Assembly (NCBI GenBank): GCA_963712905.1
Contig: CAVQJU010000014.1
Coordinates: 49,261-113,260, forward strand
DNA from: an uncultured Acidobacteriota bacterium
Lineage (GTDB): Bacteria; Acidobacteriota; Vicinamibacteria; Vicinamibacterales; CAVVIG01
Reading direction: 5' to 3'
DNA length: 64,000 nucleotides
The translations under genes and the position numbers were made by a program. The notes beneath the pieces are model-generated. The model did not search any database. It was not told where the DNA came from and worked only from the letters and a program-made list of their open reading frames with translations. Below, piece by piece: positions 43,989-54,462 of the stretch; the first letter of the stretch is position 1; every line of letters starts with the position of its first letter.

Positions 43989-44870
43989 TCAGCCGAGCCA
44001 GCCGGCTGCGAGCTGCTTGGCGTGCGCCACGATCGCGTTGCGCATGAACATCGCGACCGTCACGGGACCGACCCCGCCCGGCACCGGCGTCACCCAGCTC
44101 GCCACCTCTTTCACGGCGTCCGTGTCCACGTCGCCCACGATCATCGTCTCGCCGCCGGGGCCGGTGACCTGGTTGATGCCGATGTCGATGACGGCGGCGC
44201 CCGGCTTCACCATGTCGGCGCGGAGGAACTTCGGCTTGCCGACGGCGACGAGGACGGCGTCGGCGCGCCTCGAATGCGCGGCGACGGAGCGCGTCTCATG
44301 GTGGCAGACCGTGACCGTCGCCCCCTCGGCCATCAACAGGAACGCGGCGGGTTTCCCGACGATTTCTGAATGGCCGACCATGACGACCTCGAGGCCATGA
44401 AGCGAGAGACCGGTCGCCTTGATCAGCTCGACGGACGCGGCCGCCGTGCAGGGCGCCAGCGCCAGGTCGTTGTAGACGATGTTGCCTATCGAGGCGGGGT
44501 TCATGCCCTCGATGTCCTTGAGCGGGTGAATGGCGGAGGCGAGCGAGCGCCCGTTGATATGCGCAGGCACCGGCCGCTGGAGGATGACGCCCAGCACGCC
44601 GGCATCGTCATTCATCGCGACGAGCCGCGCCTTGCACTCGTCCTGGCCGATCTCGCGCGGCCACGTCTGAGACTCGAAACGGAACCCCACCTTCTCGGCG
44701 GCGCGCGCCTGGCCGCGCACGTAGACGGCGACTTCCCTGTGGTCGCCGATGCTGACTGAGACGAGGCGTCCGATCGCGTGAGCCGCGGCGGCCTGCCGCA
44801 CGCGGTCAGCCACCTCGCCGAGAATGCGGTCGCGGACGGCCCGGCCGTCCAGGAGCCGGTGGTCTTTCAT
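43989..44870 (-). CDS. folD: bifunctional methylenetetrahydrofolate dehydrogenase/cyclohydrolase
   Basis: VILQRPVP, VMVGHSEIVGKP, TVCHH and PVPGGVGPVTVAM. Confidence 0.92.
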   Translation of the reverse strand: MKDHRLLDGRAVRDRILGEVADRVRQAAAAHAIGRLVSVSIGDHREVAVYVRGQARAAEKVGFRFESQTWPREIGQDECKARLVAMNDDAGVLGVILQRPVPAHINGRSLASAIHPLKDIEGMNPASIGNIVYNDLALAPCTAAASVELIKATGLSLHGLEVVMVGHSEIVGKPAAFLLMAEGATVTVCHHETRSVAAHSRRADAVLVAVGKPKFLRADMVKPGAAVIDIGINQVTGPGGETMIVGDVDTDAVKEVASWVTPVPGGVGPVTVAMFMRNAIVAHAKQLAAGWLG

Positions 44871-44873
44871 CCG

Positions 44874-45446
44874 CTATTTCTTCGCCGGCTGGACGCGGGC
44901 CGTCGAGGGGGGCACGTGTCCTTTCAACCGCAGGTAGACGACGATGTTGCCGTAGTGCTCGTTGTTGTGGGCGGTGTTGAAGACGAGGACGCCGCCGCGC
45001 GTGGCGTCGCGGGCACCGCCCGGCGCCGGCGTCTTGATCGCCTGGCTGAAGTTGGCGTCGGTCGTCGACGCGTACGCGGCGTCGCAGTACGCCAGCGAAT
45101 CGTTCAGCGCCTTGACCAGGACGGCTCTGTCCGCGGTTTTTTCGTAGTTGGCCGTGGCCGGAGACTTCTCACCCGTTGCCTGCGAGCAGAAGAAGAAGTT
45201 CGCGTTGGCGACGTGTCCGATGAGCTCGCCGAAGCTGCGCACGTCGGGCGTCGGTTTGAAGGCGTAGTCGCCGGCCGGCATCGCCGCCGCCGCTTCGGCC
45301 AGATTGCGGCGGATGTTTGCGTGCATGCCGCGTGACACGGCGGCCATCGACGGCGAGGCGAGCTCGCCGAAGCCCGAGTCGGTCGTCTGAGCCGCGGCCG
45401 GCAGGCACAGAGACGCCAGTGCCGCCGTCAGTATCAGTGTGCGCAT
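44874..45446 (-). CDS. DinB-family protein, secreted
   Basis: ATG 45446 with signal peptide. [15 protein letters not shown] and [17 protein letters not shown] form a DinB-like His triad. The upstream part of the track ORF is rejected. Confidence 0.7.
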   Translation of the reverse strand: MRTLILTAALASLCLPAAAQTTDSGFGELASPSMAAVSRGMHANIRRNLAEAAAAMPAGDYAFKPTPDVRSFGELIGHVANANFFFCSQATGEKSPATANYEKTADRAVLVKALNDSLAYCDAAYASTTDANFSQAIKTPAPGGARDATRGGVLVFNTAHNNEHYGNIVVYLRLKGHVPPSTARVQPAKK

Positions 45447-45467
45447 GGTGAACACTCCCCGGCAATC

Positions 45468-45497
45468 GTAGCAGGCAGGCCCGAAGGCCTGCACTAC
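45468..45497. repeat. REP-like GC hairpin with GTAG/CTAC ends
   Basis: gtagcaggcaggcccgaaggcctgcactac. Confidence 0.7.
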
Positions 45498-45519
45498 GCA
45501 AATTTGTCGGGCGCCCGGT

Positions 45520-47475
45520 TCAGATGCGCACGTTCGACGGCATCTCGAGCTTGCCGACGAGCGACACCATGTCGTGGAACGCGTAGGTGGTGATGGGCTC
45601 GTGCGGGCGGAGGTCGAGATGCCCGGGCGCCCGCTGCCTGAGCGGGACGTAGTCCTCAGGCAGCGTGTCGACGCTGGCGATCTGCCGCAGCCCGGCGAAA
45701 TACCCGGCGACGTCGTGATCGAGCGCCACCCGCGCCGGCATCGGACGGCCCTTCCTCGGCATGATCTCGCGGTTGGCGGCCAGGACGGCCTGCGCATCGC
45801 TGCCGTCCAGGTCCACGCCGTACTCCTGCGCGAAGAACCGTCTGATCTCCGCCTGGAAGTCCTCCATCGCGTCGAACAGAAACTGCCCCTGCTCGTCGCT
45901 CCAGAACACGAGGAACCAGTCCTTCAGCCCGGTGCCCCGATCGCGATCGATGAGCTCGCGGCGGATACGCCCGGAGATCGGGTAGCGGTCGGGAGCCGTC
46001 TCGCTGAGATCGAGCCATCGCTCCATGAAATCCATGGCCTGCACGCCGTGCTCGATCTGCACGTAGTAGAGCAGGTATTTGAGCAGCCCGAGCTTGACGA
46101 AGAGCTTGTACGCGAGACCCAGGTCGAACATCCGCCCGTATTCCTCGCGCGTGAAGCTGTAGGTGGACTCGACGAACCCGTCCTCGCCGACCACGATGTC
46201 GAACTTGCGCTGGTACGCCGCGTCAGCCATCGGAGCGTTCGGCATGACGCTCGTGGCAAACAGCATCGCGGTGACCTTGTGATCGAAGCAGAACTGCAGA
46301 TCCTTCTTGCACGTCTCGAAGGTCTGGCCGGGCAGGCCCAGCATGATGTCGGAGACCGCGGGGATGTCCTCCTTGTGGAAGAAGGTGATCATCTTCCGGT
46401 ACTCGGTCATCTTGATGTTCGCGCGCTCGACATTCTTCAGGATCGTTTCGTCGGTCGTCTGCATCGAGATCTGGCCGCTCGCGATCAGCCCGGCGTCGCT
46501 CAGCAGCTTCACGATCTCCGTGAGGCGCGGGCTGGCCGTCTTCGCGTTGGTGTAGCCCACTTCTTTCGGGTAGCCGTACTTCTCTTTCATCGAGACGATG
46601 AAGCGCGCGATCTCGAGGTCGCGGGGCAGGATGCCGAAGTTGGCGTCGCAGAACCCCAGCAGCTGGATCTTGTGCTTCGCCGCATACTCCACTTCGCCGA
46701 AGACGCGCTCATCGCTGAGGCGGGCGATCTTCGCCAGCGTGGCGGCGCCCCAGTCGCAGAACGTGCAGCCGTACGGGCAACCGCGGTTGGTTTCGATCGG
46801 AAGGTAGAACTTGCCGTCCACCCAGTGGTCGAACTCGCCCGTGGTGTACGGCGACGGGTAGATCCCCAGGTCCATCGTACGCGCGCGATCGGGTGTGCGG
46901 ATCAGGCGGCCGTTCTGCCGGACGGTGAGTCCCTCCACGGCCGACAGGTCGGCGCGCGCCAGGTCGGACGGTTCAACGCCCGACTCCGCGATCGTTCTGA
47001 GGAGCTCGGCCAGCGTGACCTCGCCCTCGTGGCGCACGGCCGCGTCGACGTACGGGTGCGCCGCGAAGTACTTCTCGCACGCGGCCGGGTCCCTCGGGAT
47101 GTGCGGGCCTCCGACGATGACGAGCGAGCCGGGCGCGCGGCGTTTGATGCGCTCGGCGAAGTCGCAGTTGACCTGGTGGTTCCAGACGTAATGAGAGAGG
47201 AGGAACACGCCGGGCTGTTTCGGGAAACTGTCGACGAGCGCCGGCACCTCGCGCCCCTGGACCGGCGTGATGCGGCCGAACTCCAACCGGTCGAGCAGCT
47301 CGCCGTCGCGGTGGACCTTCGCGTACGCGGTCAGGCATCCGAGCGCGTAGAAGCTGCTCCAGAACTCCATCGGTTCCCGGTTCGCGCCGAGCGACACGGG
47401 GTAGACGCCGATCTTGTTCGAGCGGGGCCAACCCAGGGCCGAAGTCAACGTGGATGTCCAGCCACTCTTTCTCAA
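45520..47475 (-). CDS. B12-binding domain radical SAM protein with long C-terminal extension
   Basis: Cobalamin-binding-like N-terminus ([10 protein letters not shown]) and CxxxCxxC cluster [16 protein letters not shown]. 651 aa with an uncertain start; TTG 47475 overlaps the stop of an upstream 64-codon ORF. Confidence 0.8.
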   Translation of the reverse strand: MRKSGWTSTLTSALGWPRSNKIGVYPVSLGANREPMEFWSSFYALGCLTAYAKVHRDGELLDRLEFGRITPVQGREVPALVDSFPKQPGVFLLSHYVWNHQVNCDFAERIKRRAPGSLVIVGGPHIPRDPAACEKYFAAHPYVDAAVRHEGEVTLAELLRTIAESGVEPSDLARADLSAVEGLTVRQNGRLIRTPDRARTMDLGIYPSPYTTGEFDHWVDGKFYLPIETNRGCPYGCTFCDWGAATLAKIARLSDERVFGEVEYAAKHKIQLLGFCDANFGILPRDLEIARFIVSMKEKYGYPKEVGYTNAKTASPRLTEIVKLLSDAGLIASGQISMQTTDETILKNVERANIKMTEYRKMITFFHKEDIPAVSDIMLGLPGQTFETCKKDLQFCFDHKVTAMLFATSVMPNAPMADAAYQRKFDIVVGEDGFVESTYSFTREEYGRMFDLGLAYKLFVKLGLLKYLLYYVQIEHGVQAMDFMERWLDLSETAPDRYPISGRIRRELIDRDRGTGLKDWFLVFWSDEQGQFLFDAMEDFQAEIRRFFAQEYGVDLDGSDAQAVLAANREIMPRKGRPMPARVALDHDVAGYFAGLRQIASVDTLPEDYVPLRQRAPGHLDLRPHEPITTYAFHDMVSLVGKLEMPSNVRI

Positions 47476-47700
47476 GCAATGCCCCCATGACGGTGTTCCG
47501 ACGGCAAACCCATAAGCTCAACAGCAGATTTCGGGCCGTTCTTGACGCTGCTTTTGGCCAGAATTGACGCCATTCTTGCGAGGACCATTCCCGTCGGGGG
47601 CAAAGGCTTCAGTCGAGGCGGAAAAAAGCCCTCCAATAGGGAGACTTTCTGGGACGCCGGTTTCACCTAGAATGCGAGGGCCATTTCGGGAGGGCTGGAG

Positions 47701-48705
47701 ATGAAAACGGTCTATCGCGCGGCGGGTACGACGCTGCTCGCCGGCACGCTGCTGTCCATCACCACGGCGGCGCCCTACGCGCAGGCCGCGGCTTCGCCCG
47801 TGAAGGGCCTCGGCAACTTCAGCCACATCGTCGCGAGCCTCGACCGGTCGCTGGCGTTCTATCGCGACGGTCTCGGCCTCGAGGTGACCGGACCCGCGGC
47901 GGTGTTCCGCCCCGACCAGGTCATCATGAAACTCGCCAACGTGCCGGGCGCGCAGACGCGCTACACGTGGCTGAAAATCCCCGGCTCGCCGATGGCCGTC
48001 GAGCTGATCGAATACAAGGACATCGATCGCCGCCCTGTGTTGCCGCGGTTCCAGGATCCGGGCGCCACCACGCTGTCGGTGCGCGTGCGCGAATTGGACG
48101 GTACCATCGCGAGGCTGAAGACGCTCGGCGGACGCGTAATCACCGTGACCGGCGTACCCGCCGAGATCGGCGGCCGCTCGCGCATTGTCTTCATGCAGGA
48201 TCCGGATGGCTTCGTCATCGAGCTGAGCCAGGCGCTCACGCCGCCGGCGCCCGAGACGCCGGGGAACGTGCTCGGCGCGAGCTTCGAGCTGACCATTGCC
48301 GACACGGACAAGACGATCTCGTTCTATCGCGATCTGCTCGGCCTGCAGCCGACGGTGGGCGCGGCGTTCAACGGCGACACGCTGATGGCCGACACCGCCG
48401 GCACGCCCGGTGCGCGGTTTCGCCAGAGCCGTGTCCAGGTGCCAGGTATGTCCGACGCGATCCGGTTGATCGAGTTCGCGGGCATCGACCGCAAACCGCT
48501 CGGAAGCCGTTTGCAGGATCCGGGCATGGCGATGCTGCAGGTGATCGTGCGCGACGTGGACACGCTCGTTGCGACGCTCAAGGCCGGCGGTGCGTCGATC
48601 GTGACCGTGGGCGGCGCGCCGCTCGACTTCGGCCCGTTGCGCATCGCAGTCGTCCGCGATCCGAACAACCTGTTCCTCGAGCTGATCCAGCGCCCGCCCC
48701 AGTGA
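47701..48705 (+). CDS. secreted tandem VOC (glyoxalase-fold) protein
   Basis: Signal peptide followed by two VOC repeats (FSHIVASLDRSLAFYRDGLGLEV..FMQDPDGFVIEL and FELTIADTDKTISFYRDLLGL..VVRDPNNLFLELI). Confidence 0.7.
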   Translation: MKTVYRAAGTTLLAGTLLSITTAAPYAQAAASPVKGLGNFSHIVASLDRSLAFYRDGLGLEVTGPAAVFRPDQVIMKLANVPGAQTRYTWLKIPGSPMAVELIEYKDIDRRPVLPRFQDPGATTLSVRVRELDGTIARLKTLGGRVITVTGVPAEIGGRSRIVFMQDPDGFVIELSQALTPPAPETPGNVLGASFELTIADTDKTISFYRDLLGLQPTVGAAFNGDTLMADTAGTPGARFRQSRVQVPGMSDAIRLIEFAGIDRKPLGSRLQDPGMAMLQVIVRDVDTLVATLKAGGASIVTVGGAPLDFGPLRIAVVRDPNNLFLELIQRPPQ

Positions 48706-48742
48706 ACTTTTCGCAGGGGTGCGGCGTCTAAACCCGCGACCC

Positions 48743-51037
48743 ATGCGTCTCGGCCGAGTCACGACACTGGCCACGGCCGCGTTGCTCGCAGCCCGCGCCG
48801 CCACCGCCCAGACGGCTCTCTCCGGCGACACCATCCACATCACGCGCGCGACCGGGCCCATCACGGTCGACGGCGACCTGTCCGATGCGGCCTGGCGCGA
48901 CGCCACGCGGGTCGAGAAGTGGTACGAGACGAAGCCGGGCGATAACCTCGAGCCGAAGGTCAGGAACGTCGGGTACCTGACGTTCGACGACAAATACTTT
49001 TACGCGGCATTCGAGTTCGACGACCCGAATCCGTCCGCCATCCGGGCGCCGTACGCCGATCGCGACAACATCAACGGCAACTCCAACGACTACGGCGGCG
49101 TCATCATCGACGCCCGGAACACGGGCTCGAACGCCGTCCTCTTTCTGGTCACGCCCCGCAACACGCAGTACGACGCCATCACGGACGATTCGTCCAACGA
49201 AGACGCATCGCCCGACTTCTTCTGGGATTCGGCCGCAAAGATCACAGATCGCGGCTGGACGCTCGAGATGCGCATCCCGTTCTCGTCGATTCGTTACAAG
49301 AACGTGGATCCGCAGACGTGGCGCATCATGCTCTATCGGAACTATCCGCGCGACTTCCACTTTCAGTTCTTCTCAATGCCCATTCCGCGCGACAGCAACT
49401 GCTTCGTGTGCCGCGCGAACGTGCTGACGGGGGTCGAGAAGCTCCCGGGCGGCGGGCACATCGTCGCCGCGCCGTATGCCGCCGCGAGCAACGTGGCCGA
49501 GCGCCCGGGGCCGCCCGGATCACCTCTGGGCGACGCCGTGCTGCACTCGCAGGTCGGCGTGGACGTGAAATATCTGCCAAACGCCGACAATGCCATCGAC
49601 GTGACGGTGAAACCGGACTTCTCGCAGGTCGAATCCGACACCGCGCAGATCGCCACGAATCAGCGGTTCGCGCTGTTCTACCCTGAGAAGCGTCCGTTCT
49701 TCCTCGAGGGCATCGACATGTTCGCGACGCCGCTTCAGGCCGTCTACACGCGGACGATCACGGCGCCGGTTGCGGGCGGACGCGTCACGGGGAAAGCCGC
49801 GGGCGTCCGCTACACGGTGCTGGTGGCGGACGACGACGGCGGCGGGAGCGCGATTCTTCCGGGGCCGAACGGTTCGGATTTCGCGCCCATCAACTTCGGG
49901 TCCACCGTGTTCATCGCGCGGGCGAAGCGCGACATTGGCCTCTCGTTCGTCAGCGTCCTGGCGACGGACCGGGAGCATCACGCCGTCGAGGCTGGTCCCG
50001 GACAGCCGCGCGATGGCGACGGCTACAACCGGGTCGTCGGGCCTGATTTTCAGTGGCGGCCGTCGGGGCAGGACGTGGTGGCGGGGCAGTGGCTCTACAG
50101 CAACACGAAGACGCCAAACCGTCCCGTTCTCGCGGACGAGTGGACGGGGCAGACGCTGACGGGGCACGCGTCCCAGCTGCAATGGAGTCACAACAGCGTT
50201 CACGTCGACTGGTTCGGGCGGTACCGCGACATCAGCGACGGATTTCGCGCCGACACCGGATTCATCCCGCAGGTGGGCTATCGCGAGGCGACCGGCAACA
50301 CCGGCTGGACGTTCAGGCCGACCAACTTCCTGTCGCGGATTCGCCCTTTCACGAACCTCGGCCGCCAGCTCGACATGTCCGGCAGCGTCATCAACCGCAA
50401 TCTGCAGCCGGGCGTCGAAATGGATTCCAAGCTGAGCGGCTTCATGCTGTTTCAGTACATCGACGAAAGCGTCCGCACGCCGGCGGACGTGCTCATCGGC
50501 CGCCGGCAGTTCCAGTACTACGTGCGGTTCAGCCCGTCGGGCTTTTTCGCACAGCTCCAGTCCGACGGCTCGCTCGGAGAGGACATCGACTTCGAGAACT
50601 CGCGCCCAGGCCACGGCCCCACGATCAACACCAGCGCGACGCTGCGTCCGACCGATCACCTCGAGCTCGCGCTGCTCGCGAACCAGCAGTGGCTCAACGT
50701 GGACGATGCGGCCGGCGTTTCACGCCGGCTCTTTACGGCGCGCGTCCTCAGGGTCAAAGGCACGTACACGTTCACGTCGCGCCTGTTTGCCCGGGTCATC
50801 GCGCAATACGTGTCGGTCGATCGCGATCCCTCGCTCTACTCCCACCCCGTGACGGCGCAATCGGGCACCTTTGGCGGCTCCGCGCTGCTGGCCTACAAGC
50901 TGAACTGGCAGTCCGTGATGTTTGTGGGGTACGGAGACGATCGCGATCTCGCCACGATCGCCGCCGATCGGGCGCGGCGTCTCACGCCGCTCGACCGGCA
51001 GGTGTTCGTGAAGGTGTCGTACGCGTTCCAGCGCTAG
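48743..51037 (+). CDS. CBM9-like / DUF5916 family outer-membrane-type protein
   Basis: ATG 48743 with signal peptide. ITVDGDLSDAAW, DKYFYAAFEFDDP and WTLEMRIPFSSIRY, then a long beta-rich C-terminus ending VSYAFQR. Confidence 0.65.
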   Translation: MRLGRVTTLATAALLAARAATAQTALSGDTIHITRATGPITVDGDLSDAAWRDATRVEKWYETKPGDNLEPKVRNVGYLTFDDKYFYAAFEFDDPNPSAIRAPYADRDNINGNSNDYGGVIIDARNTGSNAVLFLVTPRNTQYDAITDDSSNEDASPDFFWDSAAKITDRGWTLEMRIPFSSIRYKNVDPQTWRIMLYRNYPRDFHFQFFSMPIPRDSNCFVCRANVLTGVEKLPGGGHIVAAPYAAASNVAERPGPPGSPLGDAVLHSQVGVDVKYLPNADNAIDVTVKPDFSQVESDTAQIATNQRFALFYPEKRPFFLEGIDMFATPLQAVYTRTITAPVAGGRVTGKAAGVRYTVLVADDDGGGSAILPGPNGSDFAPINFGSTVFIARAKRDIGLSFVSVLATDREHHAVEAGPGQPRDGDGYNRVVGPDFQWRPSGQDVVAGQWLYSNTKTPNRPVLADEWTGQTLTGHASQLQWSHNSVHVDWFGRYRDISDGFRADTGFIPQVGYREATGNTGWTFRPTNFLSRIRPFTNLGRQLDMSGSVINRNLQPGVEMDSKLSGFMLFQYIDESVRTPADVLIGRRQFQYYVRFSPSGFFAQLQSDGSLGEDIDFENSRPGHGPTINTSATLRPTDHLELALLANQQWLNVDDAAGVSRRLFTARVLRVKGTYTFTSRLFARVIAQYVSVDRDPSLYSHPVTAQSGTFGGSALLAYKLNWQSVMFVGYGDDRDLATIAADRARRLTPLDRQVFVKVSYAFQR

Positions 51038-51732
51038 CGCGGCTCGCCGATGAATACCCGATAGGGATCGATCGGCGTGCCCTCCCACCAGTGACGCGCA
51101 GGCGTCAACTGAAAGATGGCGAAGTGCAGGTGCGGCGTATTCGGCGGCGCGTTGCCCGACGTACCGACATAGCCGATGATGTCCGATCGTGAGACGCTCT
51201 GCCCCTCCCGGATCCCCTCCGCGTAGCGCTCCAGGTGCGCGTAGTAGTAGCAGAAGCGGCCGCTGGGATCGAACTGATAGATCGTCCTGCCGCCCGCCTT
51301 GCTCAAGAAGAGCTTTGCGATCGTCCCGTTCTCGACCGCGTGCACGGGCGTGTTGCGCGGCGCGAGGATGTCCACCGCCTCGTGTGCGCGTGTGCCGCCG
51401 CCGCGCCGTTCGTCGAACGCGCCCTTGAGCGGTTCGGGGGCCATGCTGTCGATGGGGAGGCGCAAGCCGCGGCGCGCGAGCTCCTCGACAGCCGGCAGAT
51501 CCGACGGCGGAGCGATTGGATTCGCGGGAGGCGTGGCAGAAAGACGCGCCGGCGGCGCTTGAGCAATCACCGGTTCGGTCGGTGCGACTGCAGGCGCCGC
51601 GGGCCGGACCGGAAGGGGCGGGCCGTTCTCGCGCAACTGCCAGTCGGCCAGGGCTCCCACGCAGCAGCCGATGATCAACGCGGCGATCACGGGCCCGGAG
51701 ATCCGGTGTGAACCCAGGCGGCGCTTTCTCAC
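51034..51732 (-). CDS. M23-family metallopeptidase
   Basis: HEAVDI (HxxxD), YAHL and PHLHFAI (HxH). GTG 51732 is in a GTGA overlap with the upstream L,D-transpeptidase stop and is followed by a TM anchor. Confidence 0.85.
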   Translation of the reverse strand: MRKRRLGSHRISGPVIAALIIGCCVGALADWQLRENGPPLPVRPAAPAVAPTEPVIAQAPPARLSATPPANPIAPPSDLPAVEELARRGLRLPIDSMAPEPLKGAFDERRGGGTRAHEAVDILAPRNTPVHAVENGTIAKLFLSKAGGRTIYQFDPSGRFCYYYAHLERYAEGIREGQSVSRSDIIGYVGTSGNAPPNTPHLHFAIFQLTPARHWWEGTPIDPYRVFIGEPR

Positions 51733-52727
51733 TCGAACACCACAGGCGTGCCCGGCTGCACGAGTGCGGCCAGGCGAGCGGCATCCCAGTTGGTCAGGCG
51801 CACGCAACCATGCGAGGCCTTCGCGCCGATGCTCGATGGCTCGGACGTCCCGTGCACGCCGTAGTGCTCGAGGTCGAGGCCGATCCACACGATTCCCACG
51901 GGGTTGTTTGGCCCCGCCTTGATAGTGGCCGCGTCGTCTTTCGGATCCGCGTCCCAGAACAGATCCGGGTTGTAGTGAAACACGGGACGCCAGGTGACCG
52001 ACGTGATCTTCCAGCTGCCCGGCGGCAGCGGATCGTGCGTGCTGCCGCTCGAGACCGGCGCGAAGAAGACGAGCGTTCCGTCCGGGCGCGTTACGCGCAG
52101 CGCCGACTCTTCACGTGACACACGGACGGACACGCCCGCGGCAGACGCATCGCGCTGCGGTTTCGCGGCCTCGTCGAAGGGTGTGACCGCCGGCACGACG
52201 ATTTGTTCCCCGGCGGAGAAGCGTGCGCGCGGGTTGAGGCGTTTCAACAGCGCCGGCGCGGCGTGAAATCGCTCGCTGAGCAGTTCGAGAGGCGATGTGT
52301 ACTGAAGTCCCGGGAGCCTGGCTGCCGCCTCCATGTCCGCCGGCAGACGCTCGATGAACGGCCCCTTCACGTCATCCGCGGTGACGGTGTACGGCATGAG
52401 TGTCGGCTTTTCATCACTCTCATCGAGCACCGCCCACACCGCGCAGTCGGGCCGACCGTTGGGCGCCATGCCGTGCGCTTCCTGAAAGGCGGCCAGCGCG
52501 CGCGTGGTGCTCACGCCGAGGCCGCCGTCGATCTGACCGGGCGAGAACCCGTGTTGATCCAATCGGATCTGCCACTGCACGGCGTTCGCACACGGCGGAG
52601 CTGACGCACGCCGGCCGGGCCGCGATCGTGTGGAGGGCGGGGAGCCGAGCACGGTTGTGCTGGCCTCCGCGAGAACGCCGAGCGTCGCGAGACAGAAGAG
52701 CCATCGATTCGGACGCGTCCGGCGCAT
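51729..52727 (-). CDS. L,D-transpeptidase (YkuD) with peptidoglycan-binding domain
   Basis: PG_binding_1-like GFSPGQIDGGLGVSTTRALAAFQ and YkuD catalytic HGTSEPSSIGAKASHGCVRL. Confidence 0.85.
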   Translation of the reverse strand: MRRTRPNRWLFCLATLGVLAEASTTVLGSPPSTRSRPGRRASAPPCANAVQWQIRLDQHGFSPGQIDGGLGVSTTRALAAFQEAHGMAPNGRPDCAVWAVLDESDEKPTLMPYTVTADDVKGPFIERLPADMEAAARLPGLQYTSPLELLSERFHAAPALLKRLNPRARFSAGEQIVVPAVTPFDEAAKPQRDASAAGVSVRVSREESALRVTRPDGTLVFFAPVSSGSTHDPLPPGSWKITSVTWRPVFHYNPDLFWDADPKDDAATIKAGPNNPVGIVWIGLDLEHYGVHGTSEPSSIGAKASHGCVRLTNWDAARLAALVQPGTPVVFE

Positions 52728-52796
52728 GCCGTGGAACTAGCACGACGCGTGCCCCGAATCGACAGCTCTGCTTTCGTACGCGCCCGGCCGCCGTAA

Positions 52797-54195
52797 ATGG
52801 GTCATAATGAACACTCCGTCTCGACAAAGGATTCAGTGCCGTTCAGCCACTTCAAGCTCCACCCCGACCTCCTCAAGGGCCTCAAAGACCTCGGTTTCGT
52901 GAAGCCTACCCCGATTCAGACCGACGCTATTCCGCCGGCGGTCGAAGGCCGCGACCTCCTCGCGTGCGCGATGACGGGCAGCGGCAAGACCGCGGCGTTC
53001 CTCCTGCCGATCCTGAGCGCGCTCATCGCGAAACCGCGCGGCACGACGCGCGCTCTCGTGCTGACGCCGACGCGCGAGCTCGCGGCGCAGATCCTCGAGG
53101 ACCTGAACGCCATCGCCGTTCACACGCCGCTCAGTGCCGCGGCCGTGTTCGGCGGCGTCGGCATGGGGCCGCAGGAACACGCCTTCCGCAGCGGCGTGGA
53201 CGTGATCATCGCGACGCCGGGCCGGCTGCTCGATCATTTCCGCGCGCCGTATGCGAGGCTGACGGGGCTCGAGTTCCTCGTGCTGGACGAAGCCGACCGC
53301 ATGCTCGACATGGGCTTTCTGCCCGACATCCGGCGCGTGCTGCGTCACCTGCCGAAGCGCCGTCAGACGCTCTTCTTCAGCGCGACGATGCCGGGACCGA
53401 TCGCGGAGCTGTCGCGGGAGATGCTGCACAACCCGGCGACAATCAACATCGAACGGCGCTCGGCGCCCGCAACCGGCATCACGCAGGCCGTGTACCCGGT
53501 GGCCCAGGCGCTGAAGGCGCCGCTGCTCCTGGCGATGCTCGGCGGCGAAGTCAGCGATGCGCTGGTGTTCACGCGGACGAAGCACCGCGCGGATCGGCTG
53601 GCGCGGTATCTCGGCGAGCGTCACGTGTCAGGTTGAACGCATCCACGGCAACCGGTCGCAGGCGCAGCGCACCGCGGCGCTCGCGGGGTTCAAGTCCGGC
53701 CGCTACAAGGTGCTGGTCGCCACGGATATCGCCGCACGCGGCATCGACGTGACCGCGCTCGGGCACGTCATCAACTTCGACGTGCCGGGCGTGGCCGAGG
53801 ACTACATTCACCGCGTCGGCCGCACGGCGCGGGCCGAACTGACCGGATCGGCGTTCACGCTGGTGTCGCCCGAAGAAGAGGGGAGCCTGCGCGATATCGA
53901 GCGGGCGATAGGCAAGCGGCTCCCGCGCGTGACGATTCCCGACTTCGACTACGAGTCGCGTCCGGCCAGTCTCGAGGTGCCGCATGCCCAGCGCATCGCG
54001 GAAATCCGGGCCCGAAAGGCCGAAGAGCGGGCGCGCGCCCGCGTCAACGCCGAGCGCCGCGCGCACGCGCTGCGGCGGGCGTCAGGCCCCGGCGGCCGAC
54101 AGGCGGGCCAGGCGGCCGGGCCCGGACAGTCCCCCCAGGCCCCCCAGGGCCGGGGGCCGCGCCAGGGCCGAAAGCCCTGGGATCGCCGCAAGTGA
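52797..54195 (+). pseudogene. DEAD-box RNA helicase interrupted by a 1-nt frameshift near 53628..53633 (or an assembly indel)
   Basis: Q motif/motif I (TPIQ, AMTGSGKT), VLDEADRM and SAT lie in ORF 52797..53636. IHGNRSQAQR, ARGIDV and HRVGRTAR lie in ORF 53557..54195. Deleting one g in tca-ggt-tga joins them. Confidence 0.85.
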
Positions 54196-54255
54196 GGCGC
54201 GAACCGCTACAATGGGACTCGCCGGCATCGAGCCGGCGCTTACAGGGAGAGCGAC

Positions 54256-54462
54256 ATGGCATCGATCAAAGGCACGATCAAGCGTCTGGTCAGCGACAAG
54301 GGTTTCGGGTTCATTGCGGCGGGTGACGGCAACGAGTACTTCTTCCACCAGTCGGCGTGCTCGGGAATGGCGTTCGACGACCTCCGCGAAGGCCAGGCGG
54401 TCACGTTCGAGAGCGGCCAGGGTCCGAAGGGTCCGAGGGCAGAGAACGTCCGGCTCGCGTAG
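54256..54462 (+). CDS. cold-shock protein (CspA family)
   Basis: KGFGFI (RNP1) and YFFHQS (RNP2-like); 68 aa. Confidence 0.92.
   Translation: MASIKGTIKRLVSDKGFGFIAAGDGNEYFFHQSACSGMAFDDLREGQAVTFESGQGPKGPRAENVRLA

Noticed and set aside
47476-47700. Cobalamin riboswitch upstream of the B12-radical SAM gene
   Set aside because: Only a GGTGAAACCGGCG-like fragment is present. I could not find the B12 box or the other conserved helices by eye. It is kept only as something to test with a covariance model.
47518-48993. 491-aa minus-strand ORF
   Set aside because: It is antisense to the tandem VOC gene and the start of the DUF5916-like gene, and has no recognisable motifs.
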